Source of the DNA: an uncultured Desulfurococcales archaeon
GTDB lineage: Archaea > Thermoproteota > Thermoprotei_A > CAZTBM01 > SZUA-1508
DNA: 64,000 nucleotides
Direction of reading: 5' to 3'
Assembly (NCBI GenBank): GCA_964611985.1
Contig: CAZTBM010000002.1
Span: 12,802-76,801 of the forward strand
Shown here: positions 19,794 to 30,252 of the stretch, in pieces
Position numbering within the stretch: position 1 is the stretch's first letter
Layout: the number at the start of each line of letters is the position of its first letter
Notes under the pieces: model-generated
What the model saw: the letters and a program-made list of their open reading frames with translations, nothing else
What the model was told of the DNA's origin: nothing
Database searches by the model: none
Translations under genes and position numbers: made by a program

Positions 19794-20600
19794 TTAACCT
19801 CCCATCCTCAGTGATATCTGTAAGTATTTTTCGAGTAAGAGTGCTATAAGTATAGATGGTATAACTATGAATATACTTAGTGCTGCTGCTGGTTGTGGTG
19901 TTAAATAGTATCCTCCAACGTACTCATATATTGCTACAGGTAAGGTTTTAACGCCAGGAAATCCTAGTAGCAATGTTAGTACGAACTCGTTAAGTGACCA
20001 TGAGAATGCAAAGATCCCTCCTACGAGAATTCCACGCCATACGAGAGGTATATAGATTTTCCTTATGACCTGTAATCTTGTTGCACCAAGGTTTCGGGCT
20101 GCATCCTCGAGATCTTTAGGTATTTGTATGAAAGCTGCTGTAACACTTCTTAGGGTGTAGGGTATTGCACCTATCATATGACAAGGTAGTAGAGCCCAGT
20201 AATTGTTTAACAAACCTAACTTGGTGTATAATGGTAGGAGGCCTATACCTATAACGATCGCAGGTAATGCCATTGGAAGGTTAACGAGGTTCTCAGTGAA
20301 TGCTGTTAACCTCGTTCTCCTCGTTCCTAGAACGTAACCTGCTGGAATACATATGGCTAGTGTAGCTATCATAGTTAGTGGAGCTAAGGTATAGCTGTAG
20401 AGGAATGCAACTCTAGTGTCATGATGCTTAAGAACCCATGAGAACCATTTAATACCGAGCTTTGAAGGGAAAAGCTGATATGCATACCAGACCTCAGCAA
20501 ACGCATACTCAAAGAGCACAAATAATGGTAAGACAATATAAACAACAACTATCCCTATAACCAGTATGTCCAGCAGACGTTGCTTGTCCATGGCTATCAC
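19794..20600 (-). CDS. ABC transporter permease
   Basis: 268 aa polytopic membrane protein with the EAA-like loop (…EDAARNLGATRLQV…). Overlaps the upstream permease by 4 nt. Confidence 0.8.
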   Translation of the reverse strand: MIAMDKQRLLDILVIGIVVVYIVLPLFVLFEYAFAEVWYAYQLFPSKLGIKWFSWVLKHHDTRVAFLYSYTLAPLTMIATLAICIPAGYVLGTRRTRLTAFTENLVNLPMALPAIVIGIGLLPLYTKLGLLNNYWALLPCHMIGAIPYTLRSVTAAFIQIPKDLEDAARNLGATRLQVIRKIYIPLVWRGILVGGIFAFSWSLNEFVLTLLLGFPGVKTLPVAIYEYVGGYYLTPQPAAALSIFIVIPSILIALLLEKYLQISLRMGG

Positions 20601-21496
20601 CTCGCCTGTAGTACCACACGTTTGCCCATGAATCGGAATATTAAGTATCCTAACAAGAGCGATACGATAAGGTAGAATGCTCCTGAAACATAGCCTGAAA
20701 TGTAATCGAATCTTTTAACTATGTCTATGTAGATCATGACATTCAGGAATTGTGGCCAACTACCACCTAAAATGAATGGTATTGAGAATCCTATCATTGT
20801 CGCAAGGAACACTATGGCTATAGTGGCTATGAGGGCATATCTTGTCAGGGGAAAGTATACATATTTTATGATATGCCATGTTGAGGCACCAAGATTACGT
20901 GCAGCATCAACTAGATCTCTTCTAACCATTTGGAATGAGCTATACATTATGCTTGTTGCTACTACAAATCTTATCCATACCTCACCAAACACTATACCTA
21001 TACCGTAAGGGTCATTGACAAGTCTTAGGGGCTCCTTTATAAAGCCAAGACCCATAAGGATACTGTTTATGACTATAGCTACGTAGCCTCTTGGGAATAG
21101 GAGAGTCCACCACATAAAAGCTCCGATAACATAAGGTGTGAATAGGGGTATTGTCATTACTGGTGATACTTTTCTCCATGTAGGCGGATTACGTAATGTA
21201 AGGTATAGCGCGAAGAAATACCCAGCTAAGACACCAATAGCTGTTGAGATAGCACTAATCTTTATTGTGAAGAATAATGATTCTAAGTAGGGTTTAGTAG
21301 GATCAATAAACTCCAGATAACCTTCTAATGTAGGTTTCATTTCAGGGCTTAATCTTATGAAAACAGGTATACCAAAAGATCCTGCAAAAACACTAATAAC
21401 GGGGACGCCTATCATTACGGCGAGGAATATGTATAAAGGGAGTAAAAATAAAAAAGTAATAATTGATTCTTTACTCAACCTCATGGTTGAGTTCAC
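20597..21496 (-). CDS. ABC transporter permease
   Basis: 299 aa membrane protein with the EAA loop (VDAARNLGAST). Overlaps the binding-protein gene by 4 nt. Confidence 0.8.
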   Translation of the reverse strand: MNSTMRLSKESIITFLFLLPLYIFLAVMIGVPVISVFAGSFGIPVFIRLSPEMKPTLEGYLEFIDPTKPYLESLFFTIKISAISTAIGVLAGYFFALYLTLRNPPTWRKVSPVMTIPLFTPYVIGAFMWWTLLFPRGYVAIVINSILMGLGFIKEPLRLVNDPYGIGIVFGEVWIRFVVATSIMYSSFQMVRRDLVDAARNLGASTWHIIKYVYFPLTRYALIATIAIVFLATMIGFSIPFILGGSWPQFLNVMIYIDIVKRFDYISGYVSGAFYLIVSLLLGYLIFRFMGKRVVLQAR

Positions 21497-22881
21497 TTCC
21501 TTGCTACTTCGTCAACCCACTTCTTCATCATATAGAACATGTAGTCTGCGTGCCTATACCATAATGGTCCATAGTTACGCCACTTAATTAAGTCTTTGTA
21601 TGGCTCGTTTATCGGCCACCATGGCTGTTTCTTAACTTCATCTGGTACATCCTTCCATGCTTCAGTTACGGCAGGATATGCTCCTATCTTTTGTGGTATT
21701 AATGCTTGCACCTTCTTTGATAGTAGCCAGTTAATGAATACTAGTGCAGCTGCCTTATGTGGTGCATTGAATGGTATGAATACTCCATCGAATGGTCCTG
21801 GCATTGTTGGTTCCGGTATGTACATTCCAACCCATTTTGGATCTAATCTGCCGGCTTGTACCTCCTGCATTGTGATTGATATCCACATTGGTATAAGTAT
21901 TACTTCGCCTGCTTCAAATAACTCTATTGTGGCCTTGTTTCCTTGTGGATATGTTCCTGGCTGATAGCAGTACTTCTCTAGCTCATTCAAGTACTCCCAG
22001 AAGGTCATACCATACTTTCCTTTACTATAGAATATCTCTTTAGCTCTCTCCTCACTGAACTTGGCGAACGCAAACTTGTCATAGCCGTAGAACCATTCGG
22101 CTAGTCCTATTAGGAATGTGTGACCGCTACCTCCCTTGTTAGGGTCACAATATGTGAACTTGCCTGGATGTTTCTTAACCCAGTCTAATAGCTCATCAAA
22201 GGATTTTGGTACATCATCTGGATATTTTAGTAAGTCCTTTCTATATAGGAAGCCAACCCACCATGCTAGTATTGGTAGGTGTCTTCCATTTGTCGGGTAC
22301 ATGTCGTGGAAGTATCTTGCTACAAATGGAATGCCTTTAGCATTAGGTATGATTTCTGCTAAGTTTACATCCCATACTGCTCCAGCCTCATAGGCCATGG
22401 CAAATGGCTTAGACCATGCCAGTACTACATCTATTTCTCCAACAGTCTTACCTGCCTCTTTTTCGCTAATTAACCTCTGAACTGTATCAAACCAGTGTCC
22501 ATGCACATAAACTGCCTTTATGCCTGTTTCCTTTTCGAACTCCTTACATAACTCGGTGAAGAAGTCTCTCTCATAGGTGCTTCCGAAGCCATACCATACT
22601 ACTTTTCCTTCTTTCTTAGCTAACTCTACTATTTGATCCCATGATAGCGTATACACGTTCTTTTCATTTAACTTTCCAGGAGCTACTCCTGGTGCAGCAG
22701 CTGTCAAAGTCTTTGTAACTGTTACTGTTTGAGCTGCTCCAGTGACGGTTGTAGTAACAGTTGAGGTTACAGTTTTCTCTACAGGTTTAACCATTGCAAC
22801 GCCAATGCCATACCCAACGATAATACCTATTATTAGTAATACAACACCTATAAGTAAGGGCTTACTTGTAGATGTACTCAA
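21493..22881 (-). CDS. ABC transporter extracellular substrate-binding protein (N-terminal TM anchor + Thr/Val-rich linker)
   Basis: 462 aa. N-terminal TM helix, then TVTSTVTTTVTGAAQTVTVTKT linker typical of Sulfolobales binding proteins. First gene of the 4-gene transporter operon. Confidence 0.7.
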   Translation of the reverse strand: MSTSTSKPLLIGVVLLIIGIIVGYGIGVAMVKPVEKTVTSTVTTTVTGAAQTVTVTKTLTAAAPGVAPGKLNEKNVYTLSWDQIVELAKKEGKVVWYGFGSTYERDFFTELCKEFEKETGIKAVYVHGHWFDTVQRLISEKEAGKTVGEIDVVLAWSKPFAMAYEAGAVWDVNLAEIIPNAKGIPFVARYFHDMYPTNGRHLPILAWWVGFLYRKDLLKYPDDVPKSFDELLDWVKKHPGKFTYCDPNKGGSGHTFLIGLAEWFYGYDKFAFAKFSEERAKEIFYSKGKYGMTFWEYLNELEKYCYQPGTYPQGNKATIELFEAGEVILIPMWISITMQEVQAGRLDPKWVGMYIPEPTMPGPFDGVFIPFNAPHKAAALVFINWLLSKKVQALIPQKIGAYPAVTEAWKDVPDEVKKQPWWPINEPYKDLIKWRNYGPLWYRHADYMFYMMKKWVDEVARK

Positions 22882-23277
22882 AATTGCAAACCTCCTAGAA
22901 CGAACATTTAAATCAATTTTTCACTTCTATAAGGTCTTCACCATCGTATATAAGGCTTACTAGGATATTTAAAATACTCCACTTTATAAATGATTACCGA
23001 TTCGATGACACCCCCATATCACTATATTTCATCATATTCAATAAGCGTTTTAATAGTGAATATTGTTCGAATCTCTTGAATATTACCATCCTCCATTAAA
23101 AATACATAAACCATTAAGCCCCACTACATGAGTAAGCATTGTGTGATATATATTCAAAATTTACATCATCAAATAGAGATTTCCTGAGAGAATGTAAAAA
23201 ACGTAAAATAAACTTATTAGGTTAGACAACGTGTGTTATAATAGTAATGTAGATGTGTCAACTTTAGGTAATAAGTA

Positions 23278-24675
23278 ATGTATACCTCTGTCATCATCAT
23301 AAGCTCTAATAGTATAAAAGTTGGCGTGTTTGACGAAGATAAGCTAATATTTATGAATAGTGAAGGGTTTAAGAATATAAAAGCTGAAATAGCATTCAAA
23401 ACCATAACTAACCTACTTCTAAATATTCCCCAACACCTTAAAGTCGGTATAAGTAAGCTCATCATTGGAGGACTTAGAAGTGGATTTTTAACTGTAAATA
23501 AGGATGGTAGAATAGTAGTTGACGTAATGCCATGGTACGATAAAAGAGCTTTAAAAGAGGCTGAAGAACTTGAAAGAAAAATACCTGGTATATTCGAAGT
23601 TACCGGTCTTAGATGTTTACCATATTATTCCGCTCCTAAAATACTATGGCTTAAACGCTATTACCCTGAGAAGGTAGAAAAATCCTACAAATTCCTTTTA
23701 CTATTAGACTACATACTCTCTAAGCTCATAGGAGAGAAGAAACATTACTATACAGATATAACCATCGTCAATAGGACGTTAATGTACAATATACGTAAAA
23801 GAGAATGGAGCGATGAAATATTATCATTACTAGACGTTAATGAAGATAAACTTCCCGAAGTATCTGAGACAGGTAAAGTACTTGGAATTTTAGGTGAAAG
23901 TGTAAGAAGAAAAACAAGAATGAGCAAAGTTGAGGTGATTAATGCAGGGGGGGATCAGCAACTCTCCATATATGCCTTAGCTGACCTAAAGGAGGATGAA
24001 GTAGCACTTAATATGGATACTGGGGTATTCGTTCTTAAACCCTTAAAAGATCTAAAACCATATACTCCTAAATTTATATACAGCATCCATACGGATAACA
24101 GGCTATTCGTACTTGAAGGTGTAGTTATAACAGCAGGTTTAGCCCTATCATATATGTTGCATTTATTAGATTTAACCTATGAAGCAGTAAGAAAAGCATA
24201 TCCTATAAGAACAAACATAATCTACACGCCTTTCATTAGTGGTAGAGGATCACCTTCATGGAACCCCAATATACCAGCCTCGATATTTAACTTAAGTTTA
24301 TGGTCTGATAAAATCGAAATACTAAAAGCAGTTATTGAAGGTATTTTATTTGAAATCAAATGTGTCATAGAATCACTTAATCAAGAAGGAATAAACATTA
24401 AAAGAGTTAAAGTTTCAGGAGAACTATCATCAGATGAATGCTTAATTCAAATGCTTTCTGACGTTCTAAATCTACCAGTAGTGAGGATAGAACCACGTGA
24501 AACAGTATTTTATGGAGCATTAAAAGTAGCTGGGAATCAAAAGCTGAAAATAAAAGAAAGTAAAGTACTTTACCCAAATGACAAATTAGTTAAGTACTAT
24601 GAAGAAAAATACGATTATTATAAGAAAATAGTAGACTATATGGAAAAATATCCTAGGTCGCAAATCGCTATATAA
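23278..24675 (+). CDS. FGGY-family carbohydrate kinase paralogue with degenerate N-terminal phosphate-binding motif
   Basis: 465 aa. Shares FGGY features (GGDQQLS…; C-terminal domain) but the N-terminal DxGT(S/T) motif is replaced by IIISSNSIKVGVF. Divergent from glpK. Confidence 0.5.
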   Translation: MYTSVIIISSNSIKVGVFDEDKLIFMNSEGFKNIKAEIAFKTITNLLLNIPQHLKVGISKLIIGGLRSGFLTVNKDGRIVVDVMPWYDKRALKEAEELERKIPGIFEVTGLRCLPYYSAPKILWLKRYYPEKVEKSYKFLLLLDYILSKLIGEKKHYYTDITIVNRTLMYNIRKREWSDEILSLLDVNEDKLPEVSETGKVLGILGESVRRKTRMSKVEVINAGGDQQLSIYALADLKEDEVALNMDTGVFVLKPLKDLKPYTPKFIYSIHTDNRLFVLEGVVITAGLALSYMLHLLDLTYEAVRKAYPIRTNIIYTPFISGRGSPSWNPNIPASIFNLSLWSDKIEILKAVIEGILFEIKCVIESLNQEGINIKRVKVSGELSSDECLIQMLSDVLNLPVVRIEPRETVFYGALKVAGNQKLKIKESKVLYPNDKLVKYYEEKYDYYKKIVDYMEKYPRSQIAI

Positions 24676-24686
24676 CTACATTTTTA

Positions 24687-26174
24687 TTAGCATAAGGACT
24701 TTCTAACAGCTTCTTTCCATTCTAGATAGAGTTTCTCCCTTATATCCTCATTCATACGGGGCTTGAAAACTTTATCAACATCCCATAGTTTCTCTATATC
24801 AGATAGAGATCGCCAAATATCTATGGCTAGCCCTGCTAAATATGCTGTTCCAAGTAGGGTTGTTTCAGAAATTTTAGGTCTAACTACATTCACACCTAGA
24901 ATGTCAGCTTGAAATTGCATAAGAGAGTTTATATTGGAGAGTCCTCCATCAACTCTAAGCTCTTTAACCTTTATTTTCATTACCTTTTCCATCTCCTCTA
25001 TAATATCTCTAGTAGCATAAGCTATAGATTCTAGTACAGCCCTTATTATATGGAATCTTGTGGTGCTCCTCTTAAGTCCAACAAGTAAACCCCGTACATT
25101 AGAATTCCAGTAAGGAGCACCCAATCCTAATAATGCGGGAACAAAGTAGACCCCATCACTTGATGGTGTTCGAACCATTATTTCCTCTATTTCATGCACT
25201 GAACTCAACAATCCTAAGTTATTTATAAGCCAATCTATAGCTGAACCTGTAGTGAATATGCTTCCCTCAATAGCATAAGAAACTCTACTCCCAGATAGGC
25301 CCCATGCGATTGTGGTTAAGAGGTTCTTTGCGAAGACAGGTTTTTCGTCAGTGTTCATTAATACGAAGTTGCCAGTACCATAAGTGCATTTTGTTGATCC
25401 CAGTCTAAAAGCAGTATGTCCAAAGAGTGAGGCCTGTTGATCCCCTATAACACTACCTACTGGTACATTGATCTTGATGACCTCTAAGTTTGCATGACCA
25501 TATATCTCACATGAGGGCTTAGGCTCGGGCAGAGGTATCTCAGGTATTTCAAGTAGGTCTAGTAGTTCTTTATCCCATGTTAAGTTATGTATGTTGAAGA
25601 GAAGTGTTCTAGATGCATTAGTATAGTCAGTCATATATAGCCTTCCGTTACTGAGTTTCCATAAGATAAATGTGTCTAGAGTCCCTACGAGAAACTCGCC
25701 TGACAGTAGTTTCTCTTTTATCTTTGGCCTATTTTCGATGAGCCATTTGATTTTAACACCCGAGAAGTTTGAACTAGGTATTAGCCCCGTTTTCTTTTTT
25801 ACAAATGCTTCATGCTCCCTCTTGATTGCTTGAACTATACTCTCCGTCCTTCTACATTGCCAAACAATTACATTGTGCACTGCTTTACCTGTCCTACTAT
25901 CCCAAACTACGATTGACCCTCTCTGATTAGCTAATCCAAGAACTGTTACACTTTTTGGATCTATTTTAGCAGCATTAATAGCATCCTTTATCCCTAATAA
26001 TGTAAGCTTCCATATCTCCTCAGGATCCTGCTCTACCCAGCCAGGTCTAGGATGAAGTAACGGTATTCTCATCTTAACTATGCTTTTAATCTTTGCCTCT
26101 CTATTGAAAACTGCAATCTTAATTGTTGAAGTCCCTATATCTATCGCAATAATATGCTGATCATCTGTAGCCAT
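24687..26174 (-). CDS. glpK: Glycerol kinase (FGGY family)
   Basis: 495 aa. IIAIDIGTSTIKIAVF N-terminal motif, GDQQASLFG, …YGTGNF… typical GlpK signatures. Confidence 0.8.
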   Translation of the reverse strand: MATDDQHIIAIDIGTSTIKIAVFNREAKIKSIVKMRIPLLHPRPGWVEQDPEEIWKLTLLGIKDAINAAKIDPKSVTVLGLANQRGSIVVWDSRTGKAVHNVIVWQCRRTESIVQAIKREHEAFVKKKTGLIPSSNFSGVKIKWLIENRPKIKEKLLSGEFLVGTLDTFILWKLSNGRLYMTDYTNASRTLLFNIHNLTWDKELLDLLEIPEIPLPEPKPSCEIYGHANLEVIKINVPVGSVIGDQQASLFGHTAFRLGSTKCTYGTGNFVLMNTDEKPVFAKNLLTTIAWGLSGSRVSYAIEGSIFTTGSAIDWLINNLGLLSSVHEIEEIMVRTPSSDGVYFVPALLGLGAPYWNSNVRGLLVGLKRSTTRFHIIRAVLESIAYATRDIIEEMEKVMKIKVKELRVDGGLSNINSLMQFQADILGVNVVRPKISETTLLGTAYLAGLAIDIWRSLSDIEKLWDVDKVFKPRMNEDIREKLYLEWKEAVRKSLC

Positions 26175-26654
26175 ATCTTAACACATCCATAGACCCATGG
26201 TACATAGGCTTGAAACCATACTATAATATTGAGAGCATACTTTTTATCGATGTATCTTACTTTTAAAATTAAATTATTTTTAAATAAGTCAATAGTGATG
26301 ATGACTCATGTGTCTCCAAAGGCGAATTTACAATTCCTTTTCAACATAATAGATTTACACGGGTGATGACAGTTAAGACATAGGGTGACCTTGAGTATTT
26401 TCAATTACAATTAATACGCTGGGTTAATAGGATCATAAAGATTCTTCTTGTACAAATATTTCTTTCCTCAAAGATAAAGTTAATATTTTATCCTCTTTCT
26501 TAGTTAAAAATAGATCATAAGAAAAGCGATTTTGATCATTGAAGATAGTATGGTGCTACCATGAAACCTGACATAAAAATCCCACATATCAATGTTTTCT
26601 TGTTACTCTCTTACACTCAACACATTAACAATAAGAGAGGTTAGGGTGCATTCT

Positions 26655-27473
26655 ATGAAAAAAGGTTATATGGGCTTCATACTTGATGTTGATGGAGTTT
26701 TACGAAGAGGAGACAAACCTATACCAGGTGCTGCTGAAACTGTTAGAAGACTAAGAGAGCTAAATAAGAAAATAGTGTTTCTATCTAACCTATCATCAAA
26801 ATCTAGAGAGGAGTATGTCAAGATTCTAAGGAGAATAGGTATAGAAGCATCCCCTGATGAGTTAGTTTTAGCTACAAGTGCTACAGCAGCTTATGTAGCT
26901 CAACATTCTAAAACAAAGAAGGTATATTGGGTTGGCGCTCCAGGACTTAGAAGGGAGCTTGAAAAAGCTGGTTTAAAAATAGTTGAGGATCCTGAAGAAG
27001 CCGAGTTTGTTGTAGCAGGCTCGCCTTTTGATAAATACGGTAATATAACTGAAGAGAATAGATGGAAAATTACAGGGGCTATCAGAGCTATTCTTCTTGC
27101 TAAAGCAAAGTTTGTTGCAGTAAACCCTGATACCTTATTCCCAGCAAGTGATGGCAAGCCTGTTCCTGGTACTGGCACTTTCTTAGGTGCTGTAACTGCT
27201 GCTACAGGTGTAAAGCCAGTAATAATAGGCAAACCCTCTCCATTAATATTCAAGATTGCCTTAAATAAGCTCAATTTACCTCCAGAAAAAGTAGTAATAG
27301 TTGGAGACCAAGTTGACATAGATTTAGTACCTGCTAAAAAGCTGGGTATCACAACAGTACTTGTTTTAACAGGTTTAACATCACGTGAGGATCTTGAGAA
27401 AATGAATGAAGAGAAGCGTAAGGCAATAGACTATGTTTTCGACTCTATACGAGATGTCTTACGTTTAGTTTAA
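26655..27473 (+). CDS. HAD-superfamily subfamily IIA hydrolase (NagD-like sugar/nucleotide phosphatase)
   Basis: FILDVDGVL (DxDG motif I), …FLSN… motif II, GKP and VGD…D motifs III/IV. The track ORF starts at 26592, but ATG 26655 gives the standard HAD N-terminus. Confidence 0.75.
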   Translation: MKKGYMGFILDVDGVLRRGDKPIPGAAETVRRLRELNKKIVFLSNLSSKSREEYVKILRRIGIEASPDELVLATSATAAYVAQHSKTKKVYWVGAPGLRRELEKAGLKIVEDPEEAEFVVAGSPFDKYGNITEENRWKITGAIRAILLAKAKFVAVNPDTLFPASDGKPVPGTGTFLGAVTAATGVKPVIIGKPSPLIFKIALNKLNLPPEKVVIVGDQVDIDLVPAKKLGITTVLVLTGLTSREDLEKMNEEKRKAIDYVFDSIRDVLRLV

Positions 27474-27489
27474 GAGGTGATCTTACCTC

Positions 27490-28722
27490 ATGGGACTTAA
27501 TGAATACATAAATGCACTCAAAAAAACTCTCCCTATACTTAAGAGTGTTAGTGAAGTAGTTTTAGTACACCACAACGATGCCGATGGGTTAACTTCTGCT
27601 GCAATAATCCAAACGGCTTTGAAAAGGAAAGGTATCGAAGTCACAGATATAACTTTAGAGAGGGCACACCCCCTTATAATTGAGAGGATAATCAAACTGT
27701 ATGATGCACCTATAATATTTGCAGATATGGGTGCAGGTGCAGCTAAAGTAATCTCTGAGAAAAATAAGGGCAAAAATACAATTATAATAATAGATCATCA
27801 CCTGCCCTCGAAGGTTGATGATCCAAAGATACTTAACCTATCTACTAGAGCATATGATGTAAATGGCGATAAGGATATTTCGGCTTCAACAGCAGCATAC
27901 CTCTTTGCTAATGTCTTAGGAGAGAACAGGGATTTAGCATATTTAGCTGTTATAGGTGCCATAGGTGACAGTCATCACAGATTTGGTAAGCTAGTAGGCG
28001 CTAATAGATTAGCCCTAGAGGAGGCTGTAAAGAGAAACCAAGTAAAAGTAGTAGAAGTTGATGGTAAGGAGGATTATTATTTAACAGTCTTCGGCGGCTC
28101 AATACCGATTTCAAAGTTTGCTAAGGAACTTACTGTACTAGGTGCTGTAGGATACTATATGGGCGGGCCAGATGTAGGAATAAAAACAGCATTAGAAGGA
28201 CCTAATGAAGAGGCAGAGAAATTACTAGAAAAGCTTGACAATATAAAGAGAAAGGCATTCGATAAAGTCTTAACCAAGTTACGTACTGAAGGATTAAACC
28301 AGACAGAGTATGTCCAGTGGTTCCATGTGCATGATGACTTTGCACCAATGGGTGTAAAGGTTATTGGCGAATTCTGTATGGAAATTAGAGATATGGACTT
28401 CATAAATCCCAATAAGTACCTAGCAGGATTCCAAAATATGCCACCAACAGTTCCTAAATTAGGCGAATTTAACTGGAAATTAGTAAAGGTCTCCTTTAGG
28501 TTACCTAGTGCACTCGAGGAAAGAGTAATCAAAGGTGAAATGCCAGGCTATACATGGCTTGTGTCTAAAGCAGCTCCACATGTTGGCGGTGACATAGATG
28601 CATGTCATAGACATGCCTGTGCGACCACATTTGATCAAGGCTTAGAAAAAGAGTTCATAAAATGGTTAAACTACTATGTTAACGAATACTTAAAATTAGC
28701 CAGAATCATAAAATCCTCATGA
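27490..28722 (+). CDS. DHH-family phosphoesterase (RecJ/NrnA-like, DHH + DHHA1)
   Basis: HHNDADGLTSAAI (motif I/II) and IIIIDHH (motif III) catalytic residues intact. 410 aa. Confidence 0.65.
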   Translation: MGLNEYINALKKTLPILKSVSEVVLVHHNDADGLTSAAIIQTALKRKGIEVTDITLERAHPLIIERIIKLYDAPIIFADMGAGAAKVISEKNKGKNTIIIIDHHLPSKVDDPKILNLSTRAYDVNGDKDISASTAAYLFANVLGENRDLAYLAVIGAIGDSHHRFGKLVGANRLALEEAVKRNQVKVVEVDGKEDYYLTVFGGSIPISKFAKELTVLGAVGYYMGGPDVGIKTALEGPNEEAEKLLEKLDNIKRKAFDKVLTKLRTEGLNQTEYVQWFHVHDDFAPMGVKVIGEFCMEIRDMDFINPNKYLAGFQNMPPTVPKLGEFNWKLVKVSFRLPSALEERVIKGEMPGYTWLVSKAAPHVGGDIDACHRHACATTFDQGLEKEFIKWLNYYVNEYLKLARIIKSS

Positions 28723-30150
28723 ACTTAAAATATCTAAAATAGTTTTATTTAATTCTTCATATCTCGCATTTATTTCTTCGATTACTCTTTCGATATTAGA
28801 TTTATCTAAGCTCAGTAGTTTAATGGACTCCTTTATCATGTACTTGACTTGTTCTGGATTGGGGCTTCCTAAGTTCTTTTTAATCAATAGCCACCCTTTT
28901 ATGTCCTTAGCTTTCATCTCTAAATTGTATTCGTTATTTATTTCTCTTACTACCACCATAATGTCATGATGTTTTGCTAAGAGCTTGGCTACTTTAAAGT
29001 ACGCTTTTCTAAAGGGTTCTCCAGTTTTAAGTGATAGTTGCTCAGCAATATCTGAAGCTATCACAGGATATGACATAGCATCTTTACACATTCTGTCTTT
29101 GTTAAATGTGGCTGTTCTAATGACATCATTTAGTACATCTATAGTATTTTTAGTTATTTCGATTATGTTTCTTATATGCTTTGTTATTTCCTGTAAATCT
29201 AGATTGTAACCTGACATTAATGATTTATAGATCGCAATGATACTTACGAGGTCTCCTAAGGCATCGCCTATCCTGGCTCGTGTGATTTCAAGTGTCACAG
29301 GGTTTCTCTTATGGGGCATGATACTACTAGTACTTACATGATGTGGACTTAGTGTTACATAATTTATTTGGGGCATACTCCAGAGTATTAAATCTTCTAT
29401 TGCCCTAGATAGTTCGATTAGTAGTGATACTAAAGCTGAAGCGGTGTATAGTATGAAATCTCTAGTTGATGTGGCATATAGAGTATTCTTTATTGGGGCC
29501 TCAAAGCCTAATAAATACGCTAGTCTCTCTCTATCCATGGGAACTGTTGTAGAAGCGCAAGCAGCAGAACCTTGAGGGCAAATATTTATACAGTTCTTTA
29601 AGGTATAAAATAATATCCTCCAACTTGTTTGAAGCGCCTCTTCTACTGATAAGAAGTAGTGTGCTAAAGTGGAAATTTGTGCAGGTCGGTAATGGGTATA
29701 ATATGGTAGTACTATGTCTATGCTTTCCTCAGCTTTCTTGATGAGTGTTTCACGTAGCATTATTAATGAGTTTAATATGTTAATTAATTCTGTTCGTATT
29801 TTCATTCTTATGGCCGTTGCTACCTGATCATTTCTACTTTTACCTAAGTTAACCCATGCTCCTTTATCTCCCAAGTTTTCGATAGCCTTAGCTTCTAAAG
29901 CTTCATGAACATCCTCATATGGTAGTTCTAGTATCTTACTTTTTTCTTGTCTTAGCTTTAGTAATGCCTTCACTATGTTTTTTGCTATATCTTTACTCAA
30001 AACATCCTTCTCGTACAAATGTATCGTATGAGCTAATATTACGAGTATTGTTTCATCATAAATCCATGGATCTATCGTTTTTATTGAGGAAATATATCCT
30101 CTCAGAAAATCTTCCTGTTCACCTAAAGCCACCTGTCTATACATATGCAT
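28717..30150 (-). CDS. argH: Argininosuccinate lyase (fumarate-lyase family)
   Basis: 477 aa. Fumarate-lyase signature STSSIMPHKRNP. Immediately downstream of argG on the same strand. Confidence 0.7.
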   Translation of the reverse strand: MHMYRQVALGEQEDFLRGYISSIKTIDPWIYDETILVILAHTIHLYEKDVLSKDIAKNIVKALLKLRQEKSKILELPYEDVHEALEAKAIENLGDKGAWVNLGKSRNDQVATAIRMKIRTELINILNSLIMLRETLIKKAEESIDIVLPYYTHYRPAQISTLAHYFLSVEEALQTSWRILFYTLKNCINICPQGSAACASTTVPMDRERLAYLLGFEAPIKNTLYATSTRDFILYTASALVSLLIELSRAIEDLILWSMPQINYVTLSPHHVSTSSIMPHKRNPVTLEITRARIGDALGDLVSIIAIYKSLMSGYNLDLQEITKHIRNIIEITKNTIDVLNDVIRTATFNKDRMCKDAMSYPVIASDIAEQLSLKTGEPFRKAYFKVAKLLAKHHDIMVVVREINNEYNLEMKAKDIKGWLLIKKNLGSPNPEQVKYMIKESIKLLSLDKSNIERVIEEINARYEELNKTILDILSS

Positions 30151-30252
30151 TTACCTCGATTGTTTGTGTTGATTGCTAAATGCTGTTATTGTTCCAACTT
30201 TGATTATAGAGCTTAAAGTAAAAAGATGATAATATAAGTTAGTTATAGTATC

